This document shows, piece after piece, positions 10,192-20,100 of a stretch of 64,000 bases of DNA; within the stretch, counting starts at the first letter, position 1, and each line of letters opens with the position of its first letter. A program made the translations under genes and the position numbers. The notes beneath the pieces are model-generated. The model saw nothing but the letters and a program-made list of their open reading frames with translations. It was not told the origin of the DNA and did not search any database. Origin of the DNA: Candidatus Latescibacterota bacterium (GTDB lineage: Bacteria; Latescibacterota; UBA2968; UBA8231); contig OZ242318.1 of NCBI GenBank assembly GCA_965208105.1, forward strand, positions 1,312,001 to 1,376,000, in the 5' to 3' direction.

Positions 10192-11448
10192 ATGCCAGAG
10201 CGCAATCAGGTCCTCATTTCAGCAGGCAGCCTGTTCGATGGTCTCGGTGGTTGCTCCAAGGCCGACCAGGCCGTGCTGCTGGCTGACGAGCGCATTGCCG
10301 CCGTGGGTCCCACGGAAGAGGTGGAGCGGCAGGCGGCGCCGGGCACCGAAAGGGTCGACCTGGGTTCCGCCTGCCTCACCCCAGGCCTCATCGACGGCCA
10401 CACCCACCTCAGCCTCGGTGGCGACCGGCGCACCTACGCCGAGATGTTCGCCGACAGCGACGAGACGATGGTGCTTGCCGGGGTCATGAACATGCAGCGC
10501 CATCTCGCCGCGGGCATCACCACCATCCGCGAGCACGGAGCGCGCAACAGGGTGGGCTTCACCCTCAAGGAAGGCCTGAGCCGGGGGTACATCCCCGGGC
10601 CGCGGCTTTTTGTGAGCGGTCGTCCGATCACCTGCACCGGCGGCCATTTCCACATGTGCAACGAGATCGCCGACGGCGAGGAGGAACTGCGCCGCTCGGT
10701 GCGCCGCCTGGTGCACGAGGGAGCCGACTACATCAAGATCATGGCCTCCGGAGGAAGCACCGAGGGAACCATCCCGGGCTGCGCCACCTACACCCGGGAA
10801 GAACTGCACGCGGCGGTCCACGAGGCGCACCATTTCAAGCGGCCTACCGTGGCTCACTGCCGCGCCCGGGAGTCCATGCTGCGCGCCCTCCAGGCCGGAG
10901 TCGACCTGCTGGAGCACGTCGAATTCCTCGAAGCGGACGACCAGTACCACTTCGATCCCGCTCTCGCAGAGATGATGGCGGAGGCGAAAATCTACCTCAG
11001 TCCCACCCTTCAGGCATCCACCAGGTATCAGCGCATCCTTCAGCTCGAAGCGCTGCGCGATGCCGATTCCCTGTCGCCCGCCGAGGAAGAGGAGCTTGGC
11101 GCCCTGTCGGAAAGATCCGAGCGCCGCCTGGACCTGATGCGGCGCCTGCTGGAATACGACCTGCGCGACCGCATCGTGCCGGGCACGGACTCGGGGGTGA
11201 GGGACCTGGCCTTCGGACACGTGGACTACGAGCTGCAATTGCTGGTCAGCACCGGGTTCACCGCGGCGGAGGCGCTGACCGCGACGACGCGCACCGCCGC
11301 CGAGGCCATCGGCATGGGGAGCGAAATCGGCACCATCGAGCCGGGCAAGGTGGCGGACCTGGCTGCCTTCGACGGCGATCCCAGCCGCGATATCCGCGCC
11401 CTCAGCCGCGTTGTGGCCGTGTTTCAGGCCGGCCGCCGCATCCGCTGA
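10192..11448 (+). CDS. Metal-dependent amidohydrolase (Xaa-Pro dipeptidase/imidazolonepropionase-like)
   Basis: PGLIDGHTH, YIKIMASGG, AH, EH, GTD, GTIEPGKVADL. Confidence 0.9.
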   Translation: MPERNQVLISAGSLFDGLGGCSKADQAVLLADERIAAVGPTEEVERQAAPGTERVDLGSACLTPGLIDGHTHLSLGGDRRTYAEMFADSDETMVLAGVMNMQRHLAAGITTIREHGARNRVGFTLKEGLSRGYIPGPRLFVSGRPITCTGGHFHMCNEIADGEEELRRSVRRLVHEGADYIKIMASGGSTEGTIPGCATYTREELHAAVHEAHHFKRPTVAHCRARESMLRALQAGVDLLEHVEFLEADDQYHFDPALAEMMAEAKIYLSPTLQASTRYQRILQLEALRDADSLSPAEEEELGALSERSERRLDLMRRLLEYDLRDRIVPGTDSGVRDLAFGHVDYELQLLVSTGFTAAEALTATTRTAAEAIGMGSEIGTIEPGKVADLAAFDGDPSRDIRALSRVVAVFQAGRRIR

Positions 11449-11462
11449 AGGGAGCCTGCCGC

Positions 11463-12662
11463 GTGGATTCCCCCTGGCCTCCCGGGCGCGATGAAGGAGA
11501 GCGCGGACGCCTCGGACAAATAGCCAGGGTCTTCCTCAAGCTGGGACTGATCGGTTTCGGCGGACCGGCTGCCCACATCGCCATGCTGGAAGACGAAGTG
11601 GTCGGCCGGCGGCGGTGGCTGAGCCGTGAACATTTCCTCGATCTGCTCGGCGCCACCAACCTCATCCCCGGACCCAACTCCACCGAAATGGCCATCCACG
11701 TGGGCTACTCACGGGGCGGCGGGCGGGGCCTGATCGTGGCCGGCGCCTGTTTCATAATGCCGGCCGTGCTCATCTCGGGGCTGCTGGCCTGGGCATACCT
11801 GCGCTTTGGCTCCGTCCCCGCGGTGGCGCCTCTGCTCTACGGGATCAAGCCCGTGGTCCTGGCGGTCATCGCCTGTGCCCTGTGGAGACTCGGACGGACG
11901 GCGGTCAAGGATTGGCGCCTGCTGATGATCGGAATCGCCGTCGCTTCCATCTCCCTGAACCAGGGGCACGAGATCGCCGCGCTCCTGGGAGGAGGATTGG
12001 CGGGGATGTTGTGGATGCGCTGCAGGCCGAAGAGGCCGGCTGGGAAAGCGGTGCAGGCAGGGTTGCTGGCGGCAGCGGCGGGAGGACAACCCGCGGCCGC
12101 CACGGTTCTGGGCGCAACGGCGGGCGCCGCTGCGGCTTCTTTCCCGCTCTGGAAGCTGGGGTTGTTCTTTCTGAAGATTGGAGCCGTGCTCTACGGCGGC
12201 GGCTACGTGCTCCTCGCCTTCCTCGAAGGCGGACTCGTGCACGAATATGGACTGCTGACCCGGGAGCAGCTTCTGGACGCCGTGGCCATCGGCCAGTTCA
12301 CCCCGGGTCCGGTGCTGTCCACGGCGACCTTCATCGGCTACATGGTGGCCGGTCCGGCCGGGGCCGCGGTCGCGACCCTGGGGGTCTTTCTGCCCTCCTT
12401 CATTTTCGTGGCCCTGGTGAATCCATTGGTTCCGCGGCTGCGTCGATCGGCCTGGATGGGGGCTTTCCTCGACGCGGTGAACGTCAGCGCGGTGGGGCTG
12501 ATGGCGGCGGTGGTGGTAAAGCTGGGGCAGGCGACGATGGTGGATGCGCCGGCATGGGGACTGGGTGCGGTGGCGTTGCTGCTGTCGCTGCGCTGGAAGG
12601 TGAACCCCGCCTGGCTGGTGCTGGCCGGCGCGGTTGCGGGATACGCCCTGTCGCAGTACTGA
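11463..12662 (+). CDS. chrA: Chromate ion transporter (long-chain CHR family)
   Basis: FLKLGLIGFGGPAAH, IPGPNSTE, second half YGGGY..GQFTPGP; GTG start with GGGAG RBS. Confidence 0.92.
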   Translation: MDSPWPPGRDEGERGRLGQIARVFLKLGLIGFGGPAAHIAMLEDEVVGRRRWLSREHFLDLLGATNLIPGPNSTEMAIHVGYSRGGGRGLIVAGACFIMPAVLISGLLAWAYLRFGSVPAVAPLLYGIKPVVLAVIACALWRLGRTAVKDWRLLMIGIAVASISLNQGHEIAALLGGGLAGMLWMRCRPKRPAGKAVQAGLLAAAAGGQPAAATVLGATAGAAAASFPLWKLGLFFLKIGAVLYGGGYVLLAFLEGGLVHEYGLLTREQLLDAVAIGQFTPGPVLSTATFIGYMVAGPAGAAVATLGVFLPSFIFVALVNPLVPRLRRSAWMGAFLDAVNVSAVGLMAAVVVKLGQATMVDAPAWGLGAVALLLSLRWKVNPAWLVLAGAVAGYALSQY

Positions 12663-12664
12663 TT

Positions 12665-13528
12665 TCAGGGCCCCGGGCGCTTGAGGCTCGCCAGCGCCTT
12701 CCGGCGCCCCGCCTCCATCTGCTCCCTGCCCCTGGGCGTGCGGCGGCCATCTTCGTCGTAAAGCCTCTCCTCTTCGGTGCAGGCCGCCAGGGGTTCGTAG
12801 AGGTCCGTGCGCCTGGCGCGGAATGGGGTGCGGTTGGACTTCACCGGGCCGACGATCTGCACGCTTATGCACTCGGTCTCGTACTTCTCCAGGTAGAGCT
12901 CTCCGCCGGGGCCGATGATGACCGCGCTCCAGGTGTTGGCGATGATGATCCAGCAGCCGTTTTCGCGGGCACGCCAGCGCATCTTTTCGGTATTGTCGGG
13001 ACCGCCGCTCCCGTCCATTGGAATGAAGATGATCCCGGCGCCCTGCACCGCCAGGGTGCGGCAGTTGTCGGCGCCGCGGTCGCTGCACAGCAGGAAGCCC
13101 ACCCTTCCCAGAGGCGTATCGAAGGGCTCCAGCGCCCCGCCCGGGGTGATCTCGTACTCGCCGGCGGTGGTCACCTTGCGGTAGTGGGCGATTATCTCCC
13201 CATGGGGGTCGGCCATGACGCAGGAGTTGAACAGATCCGCGCCCGATCGCTCCAGGAAGCCGAAGGTCAGGTAGATGCCCAGCTCGCGGCTCAGCTCCCG
13301 CGCCCGCACCAGGTAGGGTCCGTCGGGAACCCTCTGCGCGATCTCCATCATCCCTTCCCTGGTGGAGGTGGGATCGGCGTTGAAGACGTAGCCGTCCAGC
13401 ACCGATTCCGGCGCTATCACCACCTCCGCCCGGCGCTCGGCGGCGGCGCGGGCCCAGTGCTCAAGGCGCCGGTAGTTCTCCTCCAGCTCCCACGGACGGG
13501 ATTTCATCGTAACCACGCCTACCAGCAT
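12665..13528 (-). CDS. Carbon-nitrogen hydrolase (nitrilase superfamily)
   Basis: Catalytic triad motifs APE, HYRK, LLCSD; AGGAGG RBS before the ATG at 13528. Confidence 0.85.
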   Translation of the reverse strand: MLVGVVTMKSRPWELEENYRRLEHWARAAAERRAEVVIAPESVLDGYVFNADPTSTREGMMEIAQRVPDGPYLVRARELSRELGIYLTFGFLERSGADLFNSCVMADPHGEIIAHYRKVTTAGEYEITPGGALEPFDTPLGRVGFLLCSDRGADNCRTLAVQGAGIIFIPMDGSGGPDNTEKMRWRARENGCWIIIANTWSAVIIGPGGELYLEKYETECISVQIVGPVKSNRTPFRARRTDLYEPLAACTEEERLYDEDGRRTPRGREQMEAGRRKALASLKRPGP

Positions 13529-13560
13529 CTGGTTCCTCCTCCTGTTGTCCTCCGGCTCGG

Positions 13561-15081
13561 CTACAGTGTGAGGGAGAAGAGCCGCGTCCGCGCCATGCGG
13601 AACCTGAGGTGAATTCTGCGGCCGCGCAAGGACGCCAGGTCCGAGCGCCCCTTCCAGCTCACCACCGCGTCCAGCTCGTCCCCCCTGAGGGCATCGCAAT
13701 CGTCGAAGGAATATCCCTGCAGCGGCGGCGGCGCGGCGGCGCGCGAGCGGTCGGGCAGTCCGCCGTCGACGATCTCCACCTTCACGAAAGCGCCTGGCTG
13801 CTGCCCCTTGAAGTTCAGCTTCAGCTGCTCGCCGGCGCACTCCTGCTCCGAGAGGGCGAACTCGGCATAGTCCTCCGCCTCCCAGGCCACCAGCCGGTCC
13901 CGCGGCCACATGGCCCAGAAGTACTCTTCAGTCCCGCCCAGGTCGCCCAGGTTGTGCGGCCTCGGGCACGCAAGGGTGAGCAGGCCCCAGCGGTCCTCGC
14001 CCAGCTCCACCAGGTCCGGGGTCGGGTAGAGGCTGCCGTAGGGCTCGAAGAGGGGGATGACCGGCTTGCGCTGCGGTCGGTACCAGAGCTTGCCGTCGTG
14101 GCTGACGGCGAGATATACGTCGAGGAGGTCGCTTGCCCGCCGGTAGGGACTGAAGAACATCAGGTGGCCCCCGTGGGGGTGGCGGCAATAACAGGGAGCG
14201 TAGATGTCCCAGTCCGGAGGGTCGTCGGGCTCGGCGGTGAGCACCATCATGTGGTTTGTCCACGGCCCGCGAAAGTCCTCGGCCTCATAGCGCGAAACCG
14301 CACGCCGCCGCTCGCGGCCACTGCGCAGATAGATGACGTACTTGCCGATGTTGGGGTCGTAGCTGAGGATGTTCTGGGTGTCCAGGAGCCAGGGAGGTTC
14401 CATGATGGGGTCCTTCAGGTGGGTCCAGTGCAACCCGTCGGGCGATACTCCCCCGGTGACCACTACCTGGGACCTGATGTTGGCGCCGATATCCCCGGCG
14501 TCTCCCGCGGCCTCGCGCCGCGCCCGCAGCTCCATCACCTCCTGCCGGCCGGCGGGCCGGCCGTCGACCCAGAAGCGACCGGTGATGCCGATGCCCTTGT
14601 AGCGCTCGGCGTCGCTTCCCCGGGGATCGCGCATCACGTTCATGTAGCTGTAGTGCGAGCCCACGTCCTCGCCGGCGAAGAGGATGTTGTTTTCCGTCGA
14701 GCCGTCGTATTCGTAGATGCCCAGGTTGGGGCGCTCCCACTCGAAGCCGTCGGCGCTCTCGGCATAGCACCACAACCCGGGCATCTTGCCCGGCACGTTC
14801 CCGGCCTTCACCCAGGGGTCTTCGGTGTCCGCAAACGAACCGTACCAGAGGCGGTATCGATCCCCCTCCCTGATCACGCAGGGATAGTGGATGTTGCCGG
14901 CCTCCCAGCGCTTCTCGCGGCGCATGACCACCCGCGAGGGCTCGGCTTCCTGAACCGCCAGCCCCACCCCGCTCGGCAGGTCCTGGGGAAAGTAGTTGCC
15001 CTCCTCGTCGTAGCTCACGTACCCGGGCCAGAGGCCGTGCCAGTCCAGCACGGGAATGGTTCTGGGGCGCAGTTCGCTCAT
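13561..15081 (-). CDS. Hypothetical protein, probable five-bladed beta-propeller glycoside-hydrolase-like fold
   Basis: GDRYRLWY, CYAESADGFEWERPNLG, SPDGLHW, SHDGKLW Asp-box-like repeats, C-terminal GYSFDDCD..VSWKG..LRFRM. Confidence 0.65.
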   Translation of the reverse strand: MSELRPRTIPVLDWHGLWPGYVSYDEEGNYFPQDLPSGVGLAVQEAEPSRVVMRREKRWEAGNIHYPCVIREGDRYRLWYGSFADTEDPWVKAGNVPGKMPGLWCYAESADGFEWERPNLGIYEYDGSTENNILFAGEDVGSHYSYMNVMRDPRGSDAERYKGIGITGRFWVDGRPAGRQEVMELRARREAAGDAGDIGANIRSQVVVTGGVSPDGLHWTHLKDPIMEPPWLLDTQNILSYDPNIGKYVIYLRSGRERRRAVSRYEAEDFRGPWTNHMMVLTAEPDDPPDWDIYAPCYCRHPHGGHLMFFSPYRRASDLLDVYLAVSHDGKLWYRPQRKPVIPLFEPYGSLYPTPDLVELGEDRWGLLTLACPRPHNLGDLGGTEEYFWAMWPRDRLVAWEAEDYAEFALSEQECAGEQLKLNFKGQQPGAFVKVEIVDGGLPDRSRAAAPPPLQGYSFDDCDALRGDELDAVVSWKGRSDLASLRGRRIHLRFRMARTRLFSLTL

Positions 15082-15094
15082 TGCCTCCTCCTTC

Positions 15095-15859
15095 TCACGC
15101 GATCAGGAATCCGCCGTCCACCGCCAGGATGTGACCTGTAACCAGGCTCGAGGCCTCCGAGGCAAGGTAGATCGCGGCTCCGACCAGCTCCTCGGTTCTT
15201 CCCATCCGTCCCATGGGGGTGCGATCGATGAAGTAGTCGGCGGTATCCGATCGAACTTTCTTGGTCATGGGGGTATCCATCAGGCACGGGGCGATGGCGT
15301 TGACCTGGACGTTGCGGGGTGCCAGCTCGAGAGCGAAGGACTTGGTCAACTGGGCAACCCCGCCTTTGCTGGCCAGGTAGGCCATGCTGCCCGGATAGGC
15401 GACGAAGGACCCGATGGAGGCGATGTTGATGATCTTGCCGCTGCCGCGGGCGGCCATGTGGCGCCCCGCGACCTGCATCGGCAGGAAGGTCCCCTTGAGA
15501 TTGACGGCGATGATCCGGTCCCAGTCCTCTTCCGCATAATCCAGGGCCGTTCCCTTGATCGCAATCCCGGCCGAGTTGACCAGAATGTCGACGGCTCCCC
15601 CATCCCGCAATAGCCCCTGCGCCACTTCCTCGACCATTGCGCTCCTGGTCACGTCCATCTGCACCGCGCTCGCCTGGCCCCCTTCCTCCTCAATGCGGGC
15701 GGCGGTGGATCGGGCGCTTTCGACGTCGATATCGGCGACCACGACCCGCGATCCGGCCCCCGCCAGGCCGCAGGCGATTCCCTGGCCGATGCCGCTGCCT
15801 CCACCCGTCACCAGCGCAACCCGGCCGGTCAGGTCGAACATCCTGGTCCCTGTGTTCAC
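15095..15859 (-). CDS. SDR family NAD(P)-dependent oxidoreductase
   Basis: TGGGSGIG, LVNSAG, YLASK, VNAIAP, TGHILAVDGG; start is GTG 15859 or ATG 15841. Confidence 0.93.
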   Translation of the reverse strand: MNTGTRMFDLTGRVALVTGGGSGIGQGIACGLAGAGSRVVVADIDVESARSTAARIEEEGGQASAVQMDVTRSAMVEEVAQGLLRDGGAVDILVNSAGIAIKGTALDYAEEDWDRIIAVNLKGTFLPMQVAGRHMAARGSGKIINIASIGSFVAYPGSMAYLASKGGVAQLTKSFALELAPRNVQVNAIAPCLMDTPMTKKVRSDTADYFIDRTPMGRMGRTEELVGAAIYLASEASSLVTGHILAVDGGFLIA

Positions 15860-15968
15860 GACGAAACTCCCTCTCTGCAGTTGCGGGACTGCGCCTCCGC
15901 CCGCAAATCTACCAAGAATCTCGTCTCCCCACCAATCGAAGCTGGCGCCGGCGTCGCACGCCCACCGC

Positions 15969-16010
15969 AAAAAACGAGGGACTCCCCCTCGCCAAGAAAG
16001 GAGAGTCCCT
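15969..16010 (-). terminator. Rho-independent terminator closing the TBDR/PorV operon
   Basis: Minus-strand stem AGGGACTCTCC/GGGGAGTCCCT followed by CGTTTTTT. Confidence 0.8.
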
Positions 16011-16034
16011 GCCCGCGACTATGGCGCGGGAATG

Positions 16035-17072
16035 TCAGAAGCCGATCTGGAAGGAAAAGGTATTCATCGGATCGAAGAAATCGACGGTGGTATAGGCATA
16101 GTCGACCTTCACGTCCCTCAGGGTGCCCAGGTCGAGATCCAGGCCGAGCCCGAAGCTGGTCCCGAATATGTAGGTGCCGTCTCCCGCATCCGCGGCGTAG
16201 TCGAAGCCGCCGCGCAGGGCAAAAAATCCATCGTAGACGTATTCGCAGCCGAGTTTCCACTGATCATAGGCGAAATTGCTGTGGCGGAAGAGGGAGGAGA
16301 GGTTCAGCTCGCCCATGGCCGCCGCCGGATAGCGGTATCCCAGGCCGATTTCAAAGGTCGAAGGCAGGTCCGCGGAACTCGCTTCGACCTTGTAGCTGGC
16401 CGCGGGCCGGCGCAGGCCGTCGAGCTGTCCCGAGCGCAGCAGGGCCGGACCATCGAACTGGAGGCGGGAGCCGATGTGCTTCAGGGCGACCCCCATGTCG
16501 AGGCCGCCGATTCCGCCCAGGTTGGCGTACTGCAGGCCGGCGCTGAACGACATGGCGGTGGCGTCGACGCGCTCGATCCGGTTGACGATGTAGTGGGTGG
16601 TGGCGCCCACGGCGATGCGGTCGGTGAGCATCTTGGCATAGTTGACCCCCAGGGTGAAGAAGGTGGGCGAAAAGGTCGCGCCCGTGCCGTCGGGAGAGGT
16701 CTCGGTGGTGATGGGAATGTCCCCCAGGTCGAGGGTCTTGATGTTCAGGGCCAAGGACCCGAGGCGCTCGAAGCGAGCGCCGGCGGCCATGTAGTTGACC
16801 CGGATGTCGGCGAGGTAGGACATGGTGGAGAACATGGCATCGGCGCTGGTCTGCGAGCGCGCCAGGCCGGCCGGATTCCAGTGCAGCGCCTCTATTCCCG
16901 ATGTGGTGGCGATGGAAGCGCCGCCCAGGGCCATGTCGCGGGCCCCCACGGGGATGAGCAGTTCCGGAGCGGCGGCGGTGCCGGCGCGGTCCTGACCGTC
17001 GGCGTAGAGATTGCCCCCGACCAGGCACAGCGCCATCAGAATGATGGATGAACGATTGATCGATCGAGTCAT
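16035..17072 (-). CDS. PorV/PorQ family outer-membrane beta-barrel (T9SS shuttle-like)
   Basis: Signal peptide, ELLIPVGARDMALGGA, ALHWNPAGLA, DYAY..F, terminal Phe. Confidence 0.88.
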   Translation of the reverse strand: MTRSINRSSIILMALCLVGGNLYADGQDRAGTAAAPELLIPVGARDMALGGASIATTSGIEALHWNPAGLARSQTSADAMFSTMSYLADIRVNYMAAGARFERLGSLALNIKTLDLGDIPITTETSPDGTGATFSPTFFTLGVNYAKMLTDRIAVGATTHYIVNRIERVDATAMSFSAGLQYANLGGIGGLDMGVALKHIGSRLQFDGPALLRSGQLDGLRRPAASYKVEASSADLPSTFEIGLGYRYPAAAMGELNLSSLFRHSNFAYDQWKLGCEYVYDGFFALRGGFDYAADAGDGTYIFGTSFGLGLDLDLGTLRDVKVDYAYTTVDFFDPMNTFSFQIGF

Positions 17073-17147
17073 GGGTACATCTCCCTGTGTCTGAAGGATC
17101 CCCCTGGCAGGTCCGAAGCTCTCTCGTCCCCGGACCCGGGGCGAATC

Positions 17148-20100
17148 TCAGTAGTTTTCCAGGAACTGCTGCTCCTGCACGATGGCCAGCTTGAGGATTT
17201 TGCTCTTGTTGATTCCCGGCATTTCAATATGTGCTATGTACATCCCGCTGGCGATGGGCAGCTCGTTGTCGTTGTTCAGGTCCCAGCGCAGGTAGGGATC
17301 CGCATCGTCCTTCTCGAGGGTCCGCACCAGGGTCCCGCCCAGATCGAAGATGCGGATCGTCGCCCGGGCAGGCAGATAGCTGAAGGTGATGAAGTGGCTG
17401 TAGCGGCTGGTCTCGGCCTCGTTGACCCCGAAGTAGGGATTGGGAAAGACATTGATCTTCTTCAGGTCCTCCTTGCGGTACTCGGCCGACTCGGCCGAAC
17501 CGGGAACCATGAAGGAGAACACGTCGGCCACGGTATTGACGTGGTTGGCCACCAGCAGGAAGGAATCGCCGTCCTGGGGGAAGCGGTCCTCCACCCGGCG
17601 GGCGGCGAAGATCGCCCACATCAGGGGTATCACCGGTTCTCCCGCGTCCTGCGAGTTCATCGGAAGGAGGCCATAGTCGGTCAGGGCCGGTGAGTCCTCA
17701 CCGGGCTGGGTGTATTCGGCGTCGAAGATGAAGAGCCACTCCCGGGGCCCGCCGCCCGCGACATTGCTCGCGGTGCTGTACCACGCCGGTCCGTAGGCGC
17801 CGTTCACCAGGCCCCCGGGCAGGTTGTTCTCCAGGAAGCCCACCTCAAGACGGCGGGGAGGGTCGCTCTCGATATCCCAGGCCGACAGGGCGATGGGGAC
17901 GCGGTCCTGGTAGACGTAGATTCCGGGTCCCTCGGTGTTGACGATGTACTTGCTCCAGTCGTAGCGCGCCGCCTCGGCCACGGTGGTCAGATCTCCGGCC
18001 GCCGGGGGGTCGGCGCCGGCGCCGCGCAAGTAGCGGTAGGCCCACGACACGTTCTCGTTGTTCGGGTCGACGGGCTTGTACTGATTCTCGCCCTCCGCTT
18101 CGACCACGCTGGTGAAGCGGATCTCCACGGTGCGCAGATCCGCCGCGGTCACCGTCGACGGTTCAAACCAGTTGTGGTTCGGGTCTCCGGTCATGGCACC
18201 GTTGAAACCCTCGGCCCCGAAGAACGCTTCCGCCCAGGTCCACCACCGCTCCCCGCTGGGGATCTCCCAGTCCTTCATGCCGTTGGGGGGTCCCGACACA
18301 GCCACCTCGATGCCATCGGTGCCGATGTAGAATCCGGCGCCCGTCTGGTCGGCCTGGCCGGTCAGCAGGGGGATGCCGGCGCTGGTATTGCGCAGGCTCC
18401 AGGTGGTCCCGCCTTCGTCGTCCTGTGCGAAGCTCACCTCGTAGTCGTCCCCGGTGGTGAGGGTCGGATTCACCACCACGACGCGCACCGAACCGTCGCT
18501 GACGCCGGCGCTGTGGTCAGCCTCGATGACCTCCTCGGCCTCGGTGAGATAGCGCTTCCCCATCGGCGGCGGCTGAGGCACGGTGACGAATACCTGGGGC
18601 GGGCTCTCCAGGGTGGTGACCGCCGCCCCCTCTGCGGTGTTGCGGTTGTATGCCGTCACCGCGAAATAGTAGCGCTGGCCATTGACCAGGGGCCTGCCGC
18701 GCAAGACGTCGCGGGTCAGCTTGACATAGCGCTTGATCCCGAAATCGCTGCCGATCTGCTTGGGAACGTCGAGGACGATGCCGGAGGCTTCGTCGAGGTC
18801 GATGCCCAGAATGGTGGTAACCCCGTTCTCCAGATCGTAGGTAGCCAGCTTCGTCCCCTGGTCAAGGGTGGCCTCCGCCGAGGGCAACTGGTAAAGATTG
18901 TAGCCTTCGAACACGAACCCCGAGCTGCTGACCTCCTCGGTGGCGCTGATGCCTTCCGGGTTCCAGCCCCAGTCTAGCAGGACGGCCCGGTCAAGTTCGG
19001 TCACGCGCACCTGGGGCGCGGCAGGGGGAGAGGGCACCTCGAAGAAGTTGTTGTAGGCGTCCTGGACGAACTGGTCGGTGAACTTGAGCTTGGATATGCT
19101 GCGCAGACGGTCACTGCTGATCCCGCCCAGGAGGGCGACGACCACCTCCTGGGTATCCCCCAGGACCATCTCGAACGGCCCCGTGTTGAGCACGATGCGG
19201 CGGTCTCCGGCCGGCAGCGGGTGTCCGTCGTTCCATCCCAGGGCCCGGGTGGGGTCGCCGTCGAGGGTGAACAAGGTCGCCTCGTTGGTCAGCGGATTGG
19301 TATAGGGTACCGGGTTGTCCACGTCGGGCTGGGGCTGGTAGCCGCGCAGCAGGTTGTACCACTGCTGGGTGCCCTGGTATTCTCCCAACTCCGGATCGCT
19401 GATGGCGCTGCCGGCGGCGAAGTAGACGAAGGAGGTCATGGGCAGGTTGCGGTATCCCGGCCTTTTGCCAAAGTTGAAGATCGCCTCGACGCTCTCGTCG
19501 AGCACCGGGTTGCCCTCGTCATCGGTGACGATCTCGCCGTTCTCGTCCTTCTGGAAAACAGGAACGATGGGCCCTTGCAAAAAGTCGTAGCCCACCGCCG
19601 GCGGGGCCAGATCGAAGGCCCTGTAGTGGGAATCGCTGTCTATGGAGTTGTAGACGTAGCCAAGGCTCAACTCGACGTCGCAGCCGGCGAAATCATCGCC
19701 ATAGTCTCCCAGGTCGGGATCCGACCACTGGGCGAAGTACATGTCCTCGATGACAGCTTCGTCGGGGGTGTTCTCGGTGCCCTTGTAGATAACCGTGTAC
19801 TTCTTGAAGATCACGTCTCCCAGGGCGTCGGTGCGGGCGTAGCCCCAAAGGGTCGCCTGCACCTCCAGGCCGATGGGCTTTGAACCGTAGAGTTTTGTGC
19901 TGGCGCCCACATCAAGGTCGTTGATGACGAACCAGGCCACCTGATCGGCGTTGGCCAGACCGGGTTCGTCGCCGGCCGGGTCCGGATTGCCGTCGGCGTC
20001 GAATTGGGGCGTGTAGACACCGTCCCCGTCCCGGTCGTAGAAGGGCGCGCCCCAGTGAGCCGGCCATTCCCTCCAGTTGAGGTCGTACTGGTTGCGCAGA

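Noticed and set aside
10656-11462. Apparent N-terminal extensions in the ORF track (chrA 668 aa, ilvN 585 aa, regulator 734 aa, PhyH 536 aa, 61770 ORF)
   Set aside because: They overlap upstream genes in another frame; better starts (with RBS or stop-start overlap) lie downstream, so these are not fusions
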